Shown in pieces: positions 11,745 to 25,083 of a stretch of 64,000 bases of DNA (position 1 is the stretch's first letter; every line of letters begins with the position of its first letter). The translations under genes and the position numbers were made by a program. The notes under the pieces were generated by a model, which did no database searches, had not been told where the DNA came from, and saw nothing but the letters and a program-made list of their open reading frames with translations. Origin of the DNA: Eledone cirrhosa (lineage: Eukaryota); assembly GCA_964016885.1 (NCBI GenBank), contig OZ024759.1, positions 20,336,001-20,400,000 of the forward strand, in the 5' to 3' direction.

Positions 11745-12375
11745 AAAAATGTTGTCAGATCTGGTTGAGAAAGTGGAGGATTGAAATTTGAGAGCTTATC
11801 TCTGGATTCCTCCCCTAGTTTCTCCTACCCTTGATGAATTATATTTTTGCTAAACAATTTCACTTGCGATAGATTTAGGATGTAGTCTCTATCTATCATT
11901 TCCCTTTTTACTCCCTTCTTTGCTAATTCATAAGCTTTCCTATTTCCCCTAAAATATTTATAGCCTGGTATAAAAATCAATGTCGTGTTTATTATTCTCT
12001 AAGAGGTAGTAATCTATTCTTAGCAGAGCATTCTCAATATCTCTAACACAACCCCTTTATCTTGAAGCCCCAATTCTATGATAGGTTCAATAAATTATCA
12101 GTAAATAGAAAGCCTTTTACCCCATGGTATTCATTTAGTTGAATCTATGGATAATATAATTCCCCACCACTCCACACCAAACATTGTGAAATCACGATAT
12201 AATCTAAAGCTCATAGCTTTATTTTTGAAAAACCAAGCAGCTCCACACCCAACTCCATTGTCTGAGTGTGTCCCATCTCTGAAACTCACCCAGTTGTTAA
12301 AACTGATTAACTGTGTGATAATGTTAGGGAATTTTTTTACTTCCTCTTTTGAGTTTTTAGTCATTAATTCAAACG
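11745..12375 (-). mobile_element. RNase H domain of the same I/R1-group LINE (degenerate)
   Basis: FRDGTHSDNGVGCGAAW...SFRL...TMFGVE and IFIPGY...GNRKAYELAKKG correspond to the RNase H motifs DGS..G.G.G, AE and W.P.H.GI.GNE.AD.LAK. Confidence 0.75.
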
Positions 12376-12380
12376 AATAT

Positions 12381-12972
12381 CATCATCATCATCATCATCA
12401 TCATCAACGTTTAACGTCAGTGTTCCACGCTTGCATGGGTTTGGACGGGGGTAGTCCCACTTGAGGCAAGAGTGATTGTCTTGCTCGCATAGGACTGTCT
12501 GGCAGGTTTTCTACAGTTGGATGCCCTTCCTAACACCAACCACATTTACAGTGTGGGTCTGGGAGGTTTTTACCGTGTTGCCTACACGGCCACATTACAG
12601 CGTGGACTGTGTGTTTTTTTGTCGTGACACCTACACGATCTCATTTGTTTCGGCCTGGATGGCGCGGCACCAACATAACTTTACATAGAATGGGGTGGTG
12701 TGGATGGGGTGGGGGTGGTGGTGGTGGGACGGGGGTGTATTTTGTTATATATATATGTATCATCATCATCGTTTAACGTCCATCTTCCACGCTAGCATGG
12801 GTTTAGACGGGAATTGTCCCACTTGAGGCAAGATTGGTTGTATAGGACTGTCTGGCAGGTTTTCTACGGGCTGGATGCCCTTCCTAACACCAACCGCGTT
12901 TACAGTGTGGACTGGGAGGTTTTTACTGTGTTAGCTACACGGCCACATTACAGCGTGGACTGTGTGTTTTTT
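12381..12972 (-). mobile_element. Two tandem 3' halves of the (GAT)n-tailed SINE
   Basis: CATCATCAT..CGTTTAACGTC...GGATGCCCTTCCTAACACCAACC at 12381-12690 and 12760-12972. Confidence 0.8.
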
Positions 12973-13027
12973 TGTATATATATATATATATATAAATATA
13001 TGTATATAAATATATATAGATATAAAT

Positions 13028-13076
<49 letters not shown>

Positions 13077-13444
13077 TACACAGGCACACATACACACATA
13101 TATTTACCCACCAGAGAGGGGGCGATCTGAGGCTATGGTAAAGGACACTTGCTGTGGGATTGAATGCAGGACTTAATGGTTATGAAGCAAACTTCTTAAC
13201 CATTTGGCCATGCTGTGTCTAGACACAGTATATAGTTGAATATGAACAGAGAAATATGTTACAAAATATGGGTGTAAATAGAACAATGGTGGCAGTGAGC
13301 GTTCCTTATATTCATGGTCAATATTTTGTTGATTTTCAGCAACTTCAAAATTCTACGTAAGGTGCTAAAATGTTTTCACTTTGGAGGTGAATATTACATT
13401 GGTTTTACTTTATTTTAAACGATGTAAATATATGCATGTGTGTG

Positions 13445-13485
<41 letters not shown>

Positions 13486-13684
13486 GCGTATATATATATG
13501 CGTATATATATATGCGTATATATATATATATTTATAAAACCATATTTATTTCGTTATATGGTTTTATAAATATAGTTTCCATTTATTTAATATCATAAAT
13601 ATACTCCAAATACTTGTTGAGTGCTTTTATATCAGTTATAAATATTTACTCGTTGTTAACCCAACAATTTAAATATAACTTTCC

Positions 13685-13720
<36 letters not shown>

Positions 13721-13728
13721 ATATATAA

Positions 13729-14339
13729 ATGGTGGCTGCCAACTCGTTTTCGAGTACGGCCACTACTTTATATCCATGTAGGAGAACCCCTACCGATGCG
13801 CTGAACGAGTGTGACTTTTTAGTCCAGCCAGCGACTTGAAAACTCTGGTACAAACACTACACTTGTGACAATTATTGACATATAGTGCTGGGCCCATGGT
13901 ACCATGTGACGACAAGTGCAGAGAGATCTCCAGATATAAAGCAATGCCTGTGCCGTGAAGCTTTTATAGTGAGCAAAGGCCCTGCACAAAGCCAGTCCCA
14001 CTCTCTTAACCAAGATGATATTTACCAAAAAGAAGAACAAGTCAACATCATTGGATACCATCAGTGTTGCTGGTGTTATATCAGAGTTTTCCTTCTCCTA
14101 GAATTCTGCCTTGACAAAGGCTAAGGGGTCATCTCTCCCAGTGATTTTGGATGGCCATTGACTCTTAAGAGCTCCTTTGCCCTTTGACAGGTTTTGTTTT
14201 TAGTCCTGCAGGATGTCCAAAGTCACCCTCCTCACCAAGAAACCTTGGTGGGGTTGCCAGTTTAGTCGCCAACGACCCGACCATGGGACAGGTTGTACTG
14301 GGATACATGTTGCCAGTAGCACCAACTAGTGACCTGACA
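13729..14339 (-). mobile_element. ~610-bp non-autonomous retroposon-like repeat (family R) ending in (AT)n
   Basis: Near-identical copy at 61042-61652, truncated copy at 42760-43214; contains CTAGGAGAAGGAAAACTCTGA, recalled as RTE 5'-UTR-like; no TIRs. Confidence 0.8.
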
Positions 14340-14377
14340 TATACATACATATATATATATATATATACATACACAGA

Positions 14378-14763
14378 GTGCAGTTTTGAAATTCTCATAA
14401 ATGGAAAATATATTTATGAAGTTTTAATAGTTTTATATTTTAAATGTTTTAAGTGTCATTTAGAGTATAATTTTTGTTTCACAACTCCATTACAATGATT
14501 TCCCAATTTCCGACCGTTTTGAAGGCCATATTAATTCAAAGCTTATAAAAGAAAAACAATAGAAAATAGGAATTTCATGCAAAAGTGAAACCAGTGTTAT
14601 AGTATATATATATACACACTATAACAGTCGGAAATTGGGAAATCATTGTAATGGAATTGTCAAACAAAATTTATACTCTAAATGACACTTAAAACATTTA
14701 AAATATAAAAATATTAAAACTTCATAAATATATTTTCCATTCATGAAAATTACAAAGCTGCAC
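14378..14763. mobile_element. Foldback/MITE with ~140-bp terminal inverted repeats
   Basis: 14378-14518 and 14623-14763 are reverse complements with few mismatches (GTGCAG...CTGCAC). Confidence 0.8.
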
Positions 14764-14879
14764 CATTTAAACAAAAGTCTTGCTTGCCTGTCTCAACTTA
14801 TAATCTGAGTTTAGATTTTTGCCTATTTCTCAGATTTAAAATAGGGGTTAGCTTATATTCGAGTATATTTAAGTTGCCA

Positions 14880-15192
14880 AAATCATGTAATTCTTGATTG
14901 AGTCGTAGGAATGCCATGTTGACATAGTGTTTCTTGGGCATTTTAAGGCTGGCAGAGCCCTTCCCTCTCCAGTTCTGATCACAGTAGATTTCTTCCAGAG
15001 AAGGATAGAAAATGAGATGGAGGAAGTGAGGAAGAATTGAACCCAGTACTTGACTGTACTTTTTTTATTGACCTCGAAAGGGTGAAAAGCAAAGTTGACT
15101 TCTGTGTGTTTTGAAATCAGAGAGCAGACAACCAGAACGAATGTCGCAAAGTATTCTATCCGACATTTTAACATCTCTGCCAATTCGCCACC
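14880..15192 (-). mobile_element. Meta-like SINE subfamily with an alternative 3' body
   Basis: Head and Meta region plus body TCTCTGGAAGAAATCT.CTGT...GGGCTCTGCCAG..TTAAAATG shared with 32205-32545 (+). Confidence 0.7.
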
Positions 15193-15674
15193 TATTCTAT
15201 ATAAAGTAATTTCTATAAAAAATAAAAATGCCTATACTCTACCAATGTATTGAGTACATTTTATATATATATTTGAGTATACTCTAAATGAAGTTGGAGT
15301 TTGGAAGGGCATTCAGCTATAGAAACCAAGTGAAAATCAGTTTGTATGTGCAAGACATAGTCACCTGACCTGGCATTGCTCACAACAGGATAATTCGTCT
15401 AACCCATGCTAGCATGAAAAAATGGATGTTAAATGGCGTTGATGATGAGGATACAGTAACCAATAAAACAAAGTAAAACAACTGCAGCCATATATGAGAT
15501 TTTAAGGGCCACTGTAGCACTAGCCAATAACCCAAACTGTCCCTTGATCTTATAAGATGCAGGGTGAATATCTGGGACATTTTTTGAAGAAAAGAAGTGT
15601 CTTTTAAGCTGTCAGATATGGTATATTCTCCAGTCATGAGAATTTCGAAAGCACACAATTTAAAGATGTGTTGA

Positions 15675-15780
15675 TTACTTGCCTAGACTTATAAATTGGT
15701 TTTAGATTTTGCCTATATCTCAGACATAAAATAGGGGTCAGCTTATACTCAAATCGACTTATAGTCAAGTATATATGGTA
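15675..15780. mobile_element. pogo/Tc2-like MITE end (second copy at 14780-14868)
   Basis: Ends TCGACTTATAGTCAAGTATATATGG-TA, resembling the TACCGTATATACTCGAGTATAAG TIR. Confidence 0.5.
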
Positions 15781-15949
15781 ACCAGTAAAACAAAATTAAA
15801 GAACTAAAAGAAACTGTAGTCATATACGAGATTTTGAGACACATTCAATCAAGTTTTCTGTCTAGCTGTGATCTCCCCATTAAAAAATAATTTCACAGAA
15901 ACTGCCAGTGGTTATAATGGTTATAAATGTTGTAGACAGTTTATAAACT

Positions 15950-16410
15950 ACCACCAACTCATCATCATCATCATCATCATCATCATCAACAACAACACAA
16001 GTTCCATCATCCCCATCACCACCACCACCATAATAACCATCATAATCACCACTACCACCACCTCTTCACTACCTCACCACCATTACATCTTCAGCACCAT
16101 CACCACCACCACTTCTTCATCACCACCACCACCACCACCATTCTGTGCCACGACCTCCACCATTCTGTGCCACCACCTCACCACCACATCACCACCACCA
16201 CACCACCACATCAACACCACCACCACATCACCACCACCAAATCACCACCAGCCACCTCATCATCACCATTCTGTGCCACCTCCTCCTCCACACCACCACC
16301 ACCATCACACCACCACCACCATCACACCACCACCACCATCACCATTCTGTGCCACCTCCTCCTCCACATCACCACCACCACCACCACCATTCTCAGCCAC
16401 ATCCTCCTCC
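15950..16410. repeat. (CAC/CAT)n low-complexity array
   Basis: Direct reading. Confidence 0.9.
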
Positions 16411-16795
16411 ATGTTTAACGAGAATTTAAGATTATTTACAAGAGACAACACCAGAGGCGTATGATAAGTTGTCTTTGTCGTTATGTGTGTGTATATTTGT
16501 GTGCATTAATGTGTGAATACACACACACACACATACGGCCATGTACACATACATATATATATACATAAATACATATTTTTATACATACACACATACACAC
16601 ATACATATACACATGCTAGCATGGAAAATGGATGTTAAATAATGATATATAGACAAATATATACACACACACATACACATATATGTGTGTATATATATAT
16701 ACATATGTGTGTATATATATATATATGTATGTGTGTGTGTAAATACGTCTATATACATGTGTGTATGTATGTGTATATGTCTCTGTATGTATATG

Positions 16796-16833
<38 letters not shown>

Positions 16834-16890
16834 GATATAGATATATAAATACACATGATTATATATAAATACACATAATTAAATACAAAT

Positions 16891-16937
<47 letters not shown>

Positions 16938-16939
16938 CG

Positions 16940-16970
<31 letters not shown>

Positions 16971-17266
16971 CCACACATTGGTCATCTATCTACTATGTGC
17001 TAGACAAGTGCTGTATACACAGCAGAGATGATGAAAATTTTCTATCTAATAATTCTCTTCTTGCAGTTATCATATAATTTGGTCATAATTTCTTTTCTAT
17101 AGAAATCTATAGAACACACTCAAACTAAGATTAGGTTACATTGTAGTTGTGTGTGTGTGTGTGTATCTATGTGTATATGCGTGTCTATGTAAAAATATAT
17201 ATATATATATGTATGTAAATATATATGTATGTATATAAATATATACATATATATATATGTATGTAA

Positions 17267-17297
<31 letters not shown>

Positions 17298-17317
17298 AAT
17301 ATATATTTATGTATGTA

Positions 17318-17473
<156 letters not shown>

Positions 17474-17491
17474 TATTATTATTATTATTAT

Positions 17492-18009
17492 GTTAGGCTG
17501 CTCTTCAGCACTACTAGTAACATGTAATCTAGTACAATCTGTGCATCGTTGGGTCATTAGCGACTAAACCGGCAACCCCACCAAGCTTGCTTGTTGAAGG
17601 GGGTGATTTTGGACACCCTGTGGGATGAAAAAAAAATATCTGTCAGGAGAGTAATCATCCATCCCCCAATATTTTTTTTCTGGAGCGAGAGACTCCTAGT
17701 CTTCATTAAGACATCTCTCTAGAAGAGGGTCTTTCTGGTATAAAACCTGCCACTTTGTTTGCATCCAATGATGTAGACCAGTTCTTCTTTATGGGTAAAT
17801 GCATTCAATGTTCAGAGAGTGAGATTGGCCCCGTGCAAAGCTTTTCTTCACTTAAAAAAGCTTCTAACATGGCATTGCTTGATGTGACATTTTTTGCTAT
17901 GCATGGCTTGCTAACTATAGGCAAGACCCCAGTATGACCCCAAAAGAGCCAAGTCAGTGATGCTCATGCTTAAGTATCAAATGAAGGCATTACCTGAAAT
18001 CAAAATGCA

Positions 18010-18017
<8 letters not shown>
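17492..18017 (+). mobile_element. Old diverged copy of family R
   Basis: GCGACTAAAC.GGCAACCCCACCAAG and the GCAGCCA.CAT-(AT)n end align with the reverse complement of 13729-14339. Confidence 0.7.
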
Positions 18018-18054
<37 letters not shown>

Positions 18055-18083
18055 AACAAAAAATGGTTAAAAGAGTTCCATGT

Positions 18084-18152
18084 ATTTTATTATGCGCATT
18101 TCAAAAACAAATATCATCATGCAATAATATTTGTGTTTTCATCAGATAAAAC
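18084..18152 (-). ncRNA. Type I hammerhead ribozyme motif (family H3) in element 18052-18326
   Basis: Minus strand: GTTTTAT-CTGATGA-AAACACAAATAT...ATATTTGTTTTT-GAAA-TGCGCA-TA-ATAAAAT; 7-bp stem I, long stem II, palindromic stem III ATGCGCAT; inverted AAGAACAAAAATGGTTAAA / TTTAACCATTTTTTGTTCTT around it. Confidence 0.75.
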
Positions 18153-18323
18153 AGGAAGACATGATATGAAGATTAAAAAACACTTGTGGATAGTGCAGTT
18201 TTAAATCAACATTTAACCATTTTTTGTTCTTATATATTATGTATACTCCAGTCCTACAAACTGTAGAGTGCTTCTTATCCGATATCTGCATTGCTTTATT
18301 GTACTACAATAAAACTCACCTCC

Positions 18324-18390
<67 letters not shown>

Positions 18391-18706
18391 TAGCCTTATA
18401 TCACTTTCCACATTATATCTTGTATACAATGCTTCAAGCAAACTACAACATTCTATGTATGTATGTATATATATGTGTGTGTGTGTGTATATATATATAT
18501 ACTTTCCGTTGCTTAAACCATTTTGTTTGTTACCCTAACGTCCCCTTTATTTACGTGTCCCAACGACTTTTTTTAGCCGTTGTTCGCACCAACCTGAGGC
18601 ATATGGCCCTTAAAGCGATGAAATGACTGGGACGGTTGGAGGGTCACTGATGAAGGACTTACTTTTTCATATGCACCACCATTTGCAACGCGCAGCCATC
18701 ATTATT

Positions 18707-18796
<90 letters not shown>

Positions 18797-19182
18797 TATC
18801 ATCATCATCATTTTACGTCCGCTTTTCCCTGCTTGCAAGGGTAGGACGGGAACTGATTCTGGCTTGATTTCTACAGCTGGATGCCCTTCCTAACACCAAC
18901 CTCATTTACAGTGAGTGCTGGGTGCTTTTTTTCCGTGGCGCCTCCACGTCCACTTTACAGTGAGTGCTGGGTGCTTTTTTGCCGTGGCACCTCCACGACC
19001 ACTTTGCAGTGGAATGATAGGGACCCCAGTCCCTATCATCTCATTTTTACAGCTGAGATAACTGGAGCAACGTGAAATAAAGTGTCTTGCTCAAGGACAT
19101 AACGCATCGCCCGGTCTGGGAATCGAAATCACAACCTTATGATTGTGAATCCAATTCTCTAGCCACTCAACCACGCGCCTTC
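18797..19182 (-). mobile_element. Full-length CORE-type tRNA SINE with (GAT)n RTE-like tail
   Basis: A/B boxes, CORE-like GTCCTTGAGCAAGACACTTTATTTCA, duplicated internal unit, GGAAGGGCATCCAGCTGTAGAAA, (GAT)n tail. Confidence 0.85.
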
Positions 19183-19748
19183 ACACACACACACACACAC
19201 ACACATATACATATATACACACACGTTTGTCTCTTTAGTACACACACACACACACATCTCTTCCCTGTCTCTGTGGCTGGCATTTTGTCCAAGATTCTCC
19301 CTCCAGTGTTTCTCTGATTCTAGCAACCAAATTCTAATCCACATTCTTTACTACACACCACACCACCACCACCACCACCACAGTGTTTCCTAGTCCTGGT
19401 GTGCATGCCCCCCTCCTCCCGCTGTCGCCAGCCCAGCACCACCTAGTGGGGGGTGGAGTTGTTGGGTGGTGCAGGGAGAGGGGACACGCACACATACACA
19501 TAGAGAAAATATTTGGGTTAATTGTATCAGTCCCGAACATGACCTCCTCACAAAATAGAGAAGAAAATAGTGTGGGAGTGGGGTGAGAAGGGAGGGGTGG
19601 GGTTTGACATAATAGGTGACTGTATGAATGTGTAGGGAGCAACATAGGTGATTGTGTTTGTGTGTGCGTGTGTGTGCGTGCTCATGTAGCAGGGCAACAT
19701 AGGTGATTATGTGTGTGTTTGTGTAGGGAGCAACATAGGTGACTGAAT

Positions 19749-19792
<44 letters not shown>

Positions 19793-20158
19793 GGACCACA
19801 TAGGTGACTGAATGAGTGTGTGACTCTGTGTGTGTAGGACAAACTAGGTGATAGTATAAAATTGAGTTTTTGAGTTTGTGTGTGTCTGTGTTTTTCTGCT
19901 TTGTGTGTGTCTGTGTGTTCATGGGGCAACATAGATGACTGTATGAAAGTGTGTCTGTGTGTGTCTGTTTTATGTGTGTGTGTATGTGTGTCTGTGTGTG
20001 TGTGTAGTAACAAACTAGGTGATTGTATGAAAGGTTTTTCTGCCCCAATTCCACGGTGTTGGGTTCAGGGTTGTTTTTTTTTTCTGTGGAGGGTGGGTAT
20101 TGTTTTGTGGTGTGTAATTAAAGATAGGTGGGGTTTCTGTTTGTCACTTGACTCTGAT

Positions 20159-20201
<43 letters not shown>

Positions 20202-20424
20202 GGGGGTAGGGTTAGAGAGAGATAGTGTGACAGGTGGGGGTGGAGAAAGCAGAGAGATAGCTCCCCCTCCGCCCACCAGGATATATATATATGATATATA
20301 TTCAAATTTATGTAGTTGTGTGTATATGTGTATGCATATATATTCAAATTTATGAATGTGTGGATATATATATATATATTTTCAAATTGGTATATATATA
20401 TACACACACACACTCACACACATT

Positions 20425-20458
<34 letters not shown>

Positions 20459-20523
20459 TTGTATGCGTATATATTCAAATTTATGAATGTGTGGATACAT
20501 ATATATATATATTTTCAAATTGG

Positions 20524-20563
<40 letters not shown>

Positions 20564-20869
20564 TTTATATATATATATACACATACACATGTATATACAT
20601 GTATATATATATATGTATATACATGTATATATATATATATATATACACATGAATATATGTGTATATATACACATGTGCATACATGTGCATATATATGCTT
20701 ACATAGAGATAAGCTCTAGTTAATATAATTTACATTCATAACTGAAGAACTGTAATCTTCACAGATCACAGACCGTTACTCCGAGTTTCGCGTTGGTGCT
20801 TCCGTCATTTTCTTATGCATTACTGCACACAGCATTGATATAGCAATACGTAAACTGATACTACATTGA

Positions 20870-21332
20870 TAGTGGCTTGGTGGTTAGTGTGTTGAGCTTA
20901 CAATCATGAGGTTGTGAGTTTAATTTCTGGACTGGGAAGTGTGTTGTGTCCTTGGGAAAGTCACTTGATGTCACTGGTGCTAAGCTGTATTGGTCATTGC
21001 CTTTCTCTTGGACAACATCATATATAGTATGTGTATAATAGGTGCATGTTGCGACATGAATGGTTCAAAGCTGTATTGGTCATTGCCTTTCTGTGAGCAA
21101 CACCATATATAGTATGTGTATAATAGGTGCATGTTGCGACATGAATGGTTCAAAGCTGTATTGGTCATTGCCTTTCTTGTGGACAACATTGGTGACATGG
21201 AGAGACGAGACTGGTATGCATGGATGACTGCTGGTCTTCCACAAACATTGTGCAGACTTGTGTCCTAAGGTGACCCTTCTAGTTACAAATCCCATCCATG
21301 GCCATTCGTGACTTAGGGAGGCCTTCAACCTT
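20870..21332 (+). mobile_element. CORE-type SINE with an internal ~86-bp tandem duplication
   Basis: tRNA head and TGTGTCCTTGGGAAAGTCACTT; AAGCTGTATTGGTCATTGCCTTTCT at about 20982, 21068 and 21153. Confidence 0.7.
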
Positions 21333-21361
21333 TACTATATTGCTATTAATGATATTAATAT

Positions 21362-21540
21362 ATTCTTCTTCTTCTTCGCCCTCTTATTCCTGAGAGACTC
21401 GTGGGGACAGAGTCTTCAAACACTCCCTCCAGTGGGTCCTGTCAGAAGCAACCCTCTCCAACTGATCTGGCTGGATCCCCAAGCTTGATCAGCCAAGCTC
21501 ATGGATGTTATCCAACCATCTTGTTCGGGGTCTACCCGCT
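21362..21540 (-). mobile_element. 3' end of an RTE-clade LINE with (GAA)n tail
   Basis: Translates GRPRTRWLDNIHELG*SSLGIQPDQLERVASDRTHWRECL, matching the RTE C-terminal GRP..RW.D...DR..W motif. Confidence 0.75.
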
Positions 21541-21765
21541 GGAATGGAAATACAAATGGAATAAAACAAGTTTTGCATAAATAGGAGTACGGGTTCCCGA
21601 GATATGGGGTTTTTCGGGGTACCTTCATAGATAGATGGAAAGAAAGATAGATAGAAAGAAATAGTGGTTGTGAGAGAGTAGATCGAAAGACATGTCTGTG
21701 TATATTTTGATCATTTAAAAAGTATTTTTGAGTGAACGTGACCCAATGGGTCACAGGTGGTCTAG
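21541..21765 (+). mobile_element. 5'-truncated non-autonomous Helitron
   Basis: Subterminal hairpin GTGACCC-AAT-GGGTCAC followed by CTAG|T; homologous to 30885-31215. Confidence 0.7.
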
Positions 21766-21894
21766 TAAGTCATAATTACATTGTGTGTGTGTGTGTGTGT
21801 TTATGAAGACATATAGCTTAGTGATTAGTGTGTTTGGCTTGTGATTGTAAGGTCATGAGTTTGATTCCTGACAGGACATTATATTTCATATCGC

Positions 21895-22083
21895 AAGGGC
21901 GGTGGATTGGCAGTATCGGTAGAGGTTCGGACGCCATGCTTTGATGTATAGAGTTACGGCCCTTGCCATTCTGAGTTCAAATCCCGCCGAGGTTAACTTT
22001 GCCTTTCATCCTTACGGGGTCGATAAAATAAAGTACCAGTAATGCACTGGGTATTTGCTGGCCTTGTGCCAAAAGTAGAAACA
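21895..22083 (+). mobile_element. Full-length Meta-like tRNA SINE with 17-bp TSD, nested in a CORE SINE
   Basis: A-box TGGCAGTATCGG, B-box GAGTTCAAATCCC, GCCTTTCATCCTTACGGGGTCGATAAAATAAAGTACCAG; TSD ATTATATTTCATATCGC at 21878-21894 and 22084-22100. Confidence 0.9.
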
Positions 22084-22099
22084 ATTATATTTCATATCG

Positions 22100-22770
22100 C
22101 TTCTGTCCACTCAGCTGGAAAAGATGTGTTGTTCTTGTGATTTAAAAGTGCCAGCCCTGTCATACTGTGCCACACCGAATCTCCCTGCGAATTTACTTTA
22201 AGGGTACATGTGTTTGTGGAATACTCAGCCATATATATTATAATACAAAATTAACTGTAGCTGTAGTTTAAAGGTCCAGCTTTGTCACTGTATTATGCTG
22301 AATTTCCCTGAGAACTATGTTAAGTTTACACGTGTCTGTGGCATGCTCAGCCACTTGCACTATAATACAAGATGGATCCTGTACCTGTAATTCAATGGTC
22401 CAGCCATCACACCCTGTCTTATACTGAATCTCCCTGAGAACTGTTGAGTGAACACTTGTCTATGGTATGCTCAGCCAATTACACAGTAATACAAGATAGA
22501 TCTTACTTGTAATTCAAAGGTCTAACCTTGTCAGACTGGATCTCCCTGAGAACTATGTAAAGTGTATACATTTGTTGAATAAGACTGTAGCTGTAATTCA
22601 ATGACCGGCCTTGTTTCACACTGTCATACTGGATCTCCCTGAGAACTATGTAAAGTGTATACACGTTTGTGAAGTGTTCAGCTGGTGTCAGTTAATCTCC
22701 TTGAGCCAGCTGTTCTGTTGATCTAATCAACTGGAAAACACTCCTCGTTGGAAGTGACTGAGATCCTCCT
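22100..22770 (+). repeat. SINE body amplified as ~5 tandem 95-120 bp units
   Basis: ATCTCCCTGAGAACT-like motif near 22178, 22301, 22427, 22540 and 22633; host SINE head at 21805-21894. Confidence 0.75.
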
Positions 22771-22902
22771 CCAAATAAATTGATATTAATGTGATATTAA
22801 GATTGATATATATTGTAAAGACATAGCTTTATAAACTGGGAGATATGAGATATTTCTTACAGAATGGGAAAAGGATTTATTAAATGATGGTTCATATTAA
22901 TT

Positions 22903-22968
<66 letters not shown>

Positions 22969-23341
22969 GATAATAATAAACAAGACAGATATGTTAGTCC
23001 ATCCCTATTTATTTTATTATACATATTTTTTTTATATATTTTTTTTTATGTATATGTTGTTATATAATTTGATATATATATATATATATATTTTTATATA
23101 TTTATATACATATATTTTATATATATATATATATATTTTTTTGTGCGTGTATATTTTTTATAGAATCATGCAATAGATATGTATTGGAGACAATAATGCC
23201 ATGATTCTCACATACACACATATATTATACATATATATATATATACTTATATTATACATATATTTATATATATATATATACATACATATATATATATACA
23301 CACGTATGTATATATATATATATATACATACATATATATAT

Positions 23342-23404
<63 letters not shown>

Positions 23405-23990
23405 TATACATACATATATATATACACATATATATATATATATATACACACACAGTGTGTGCTCATGGAAACGATGAAAATACAGCGAAAATTGGAAAAC
23501 TCTATAACGGGTCCTGGGAAATAATCTTTTATTTTTAATGTAATTTTCCTCTGGTCCCTTCGTCTCCCAAGATGCCATCTCTCTCTCTCTCTCTCTATCT
23601 ATCTATTTCACTCTCTCTCTTTCTATTTATGTAAATGTATATATATATATATACACACACACACATATATGTATGTGTGTGTATATATATATCCCTCAAG
23701 ATGCCATCTCTCTCTGTCTCTCTCCTCTCACTCGCTCTCGCTCTCTCCGCTCTCTCTCCTCTCACTCGCTCTCGCTCTCTCCGCTCTCTCTTGCTCTAGC
23801 TCTCAATCCAACTCTCACTCTATCTCCTTCTCTCTCTTTCTCTCCTTCCCCCATCTCCCCTCCCCTCTCCCCCCCCCTCTCTCAACAACCACCAACCATA
23901 TTTCTATAATGAACCACTCTAAACATAATTATAGCTTCCAATAGAAATATTCTATTGATGCCGTAAGCCTGCATTTTGTCTTTGTGTGTG

Positions 23991-24037
<47 letters not shown>

Positions 24038-24059
24038 CACACACACGCACACAATGTAC

Positions 24060-24403
24060 ATCATCGTCATCATCATCATCATTTTATGCCCGCTTTGTCC
24101 CTGCTTGCAAGAGTGGGACGGGAACTGATTCTGGCTTGATTTCTACAGCTGGATGCCCTTCCGAACACCAACCTCATTTACAGTGAGTGCTGGGTGCTTT
24201 TTTGTTGTGGCACCTACACAACCACTTTGCAGTGGAATGATATGGACCCCAGTCCCTATCATCTCATTTCTACAGCTGAGTAAACTGGAGCAATGTGAAA
24301 TAAAGTGTCTTGCTCAAGGAAACAACACATAACCTGGTCTGAGAATTGAACTCACAACCTTTCGATTGCAAGGCCAATGCTCTAACCACTAAGCCATGTG
24401 CCT
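24060..24403 (-). mobile_element. Full-length CORE-type SINE with (GAT)n tail
   Basis: Same architecture as 18797-19182. Confidence 0.85.
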
Positions 24404-24413
24404 CGATATGTAT

Positions 24414-24472
<59 letters not shown>

Positions 24473-25083
24473 ATGTATCTATCTGTATGTATATGTACAT
24501 ACACATGTACATATGTATAGGTTATGTATCTATCTATCTCTCTCTATATACACACACATACATGTATACACACACATACATGTATACACACACACACGCT
24601 TTTTCCTGGTAACAATATACACCCCCACACATAAGGCAAGTTCGAAATTGTTTGGCTGATGAGATTTTATAAGACTGAAACATAATCATGGCAGTCACTG
24701 TGCTTGCTTGTGAACGAACTTATTTTCCTATAAGCATGAGCATTAATAATTTTGTCTTTCTCTCACTCTCTCTCTCTCTCTCTCTCTCCCTCTCTCTCTC
24801 TTTCTGTCTCTCTCTGTCTGCCCCCCCCTCTCTCTGTGAAAATTAAACGGAGAAAACACAAGCAGATGAAGTACAGTGAAAACATATATATTAGCTTATG
24901 GTTAATTGTCACCTGCTGTGTAGTTAGTTACTATGGTGATATCTATCTGTCTGTCTCACTGTATTTCTCTCTCAACATTACATATGGGAAACATAGTTTT
25001 GATTTATGAACATTTCGGGTGACAAACTGACTTGAGGAACAAATGAAGTTTGTGAACCGAGGTTCCATGGTATCAATCATCAG

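Noticed and set aside
13656-14498. Recurrent 65-104 aa ORFs, also at 42.7-43.1 kb and 61.1-61.7 kb, suggesting a gene family
   Set aside because: They are short overlapping ORFs on both strands of repeat family R and recur only because the copies are young.
18640-18700. CTGATGAAGG hammerhead-like start
   Set aside because: No GAAA partner and no convincing stem I; at most a relic.
21895-21990. tRNA gene
   Set aside because: A/B boxes belong to SINE heads; no complete cloverleaf, and they continue into SINE body sequence with TSDs.
24656-24700. CTGATGA...GAAA hammerhead candidate
   Set aside because: Stems I and III and the UH site cannot be formed.
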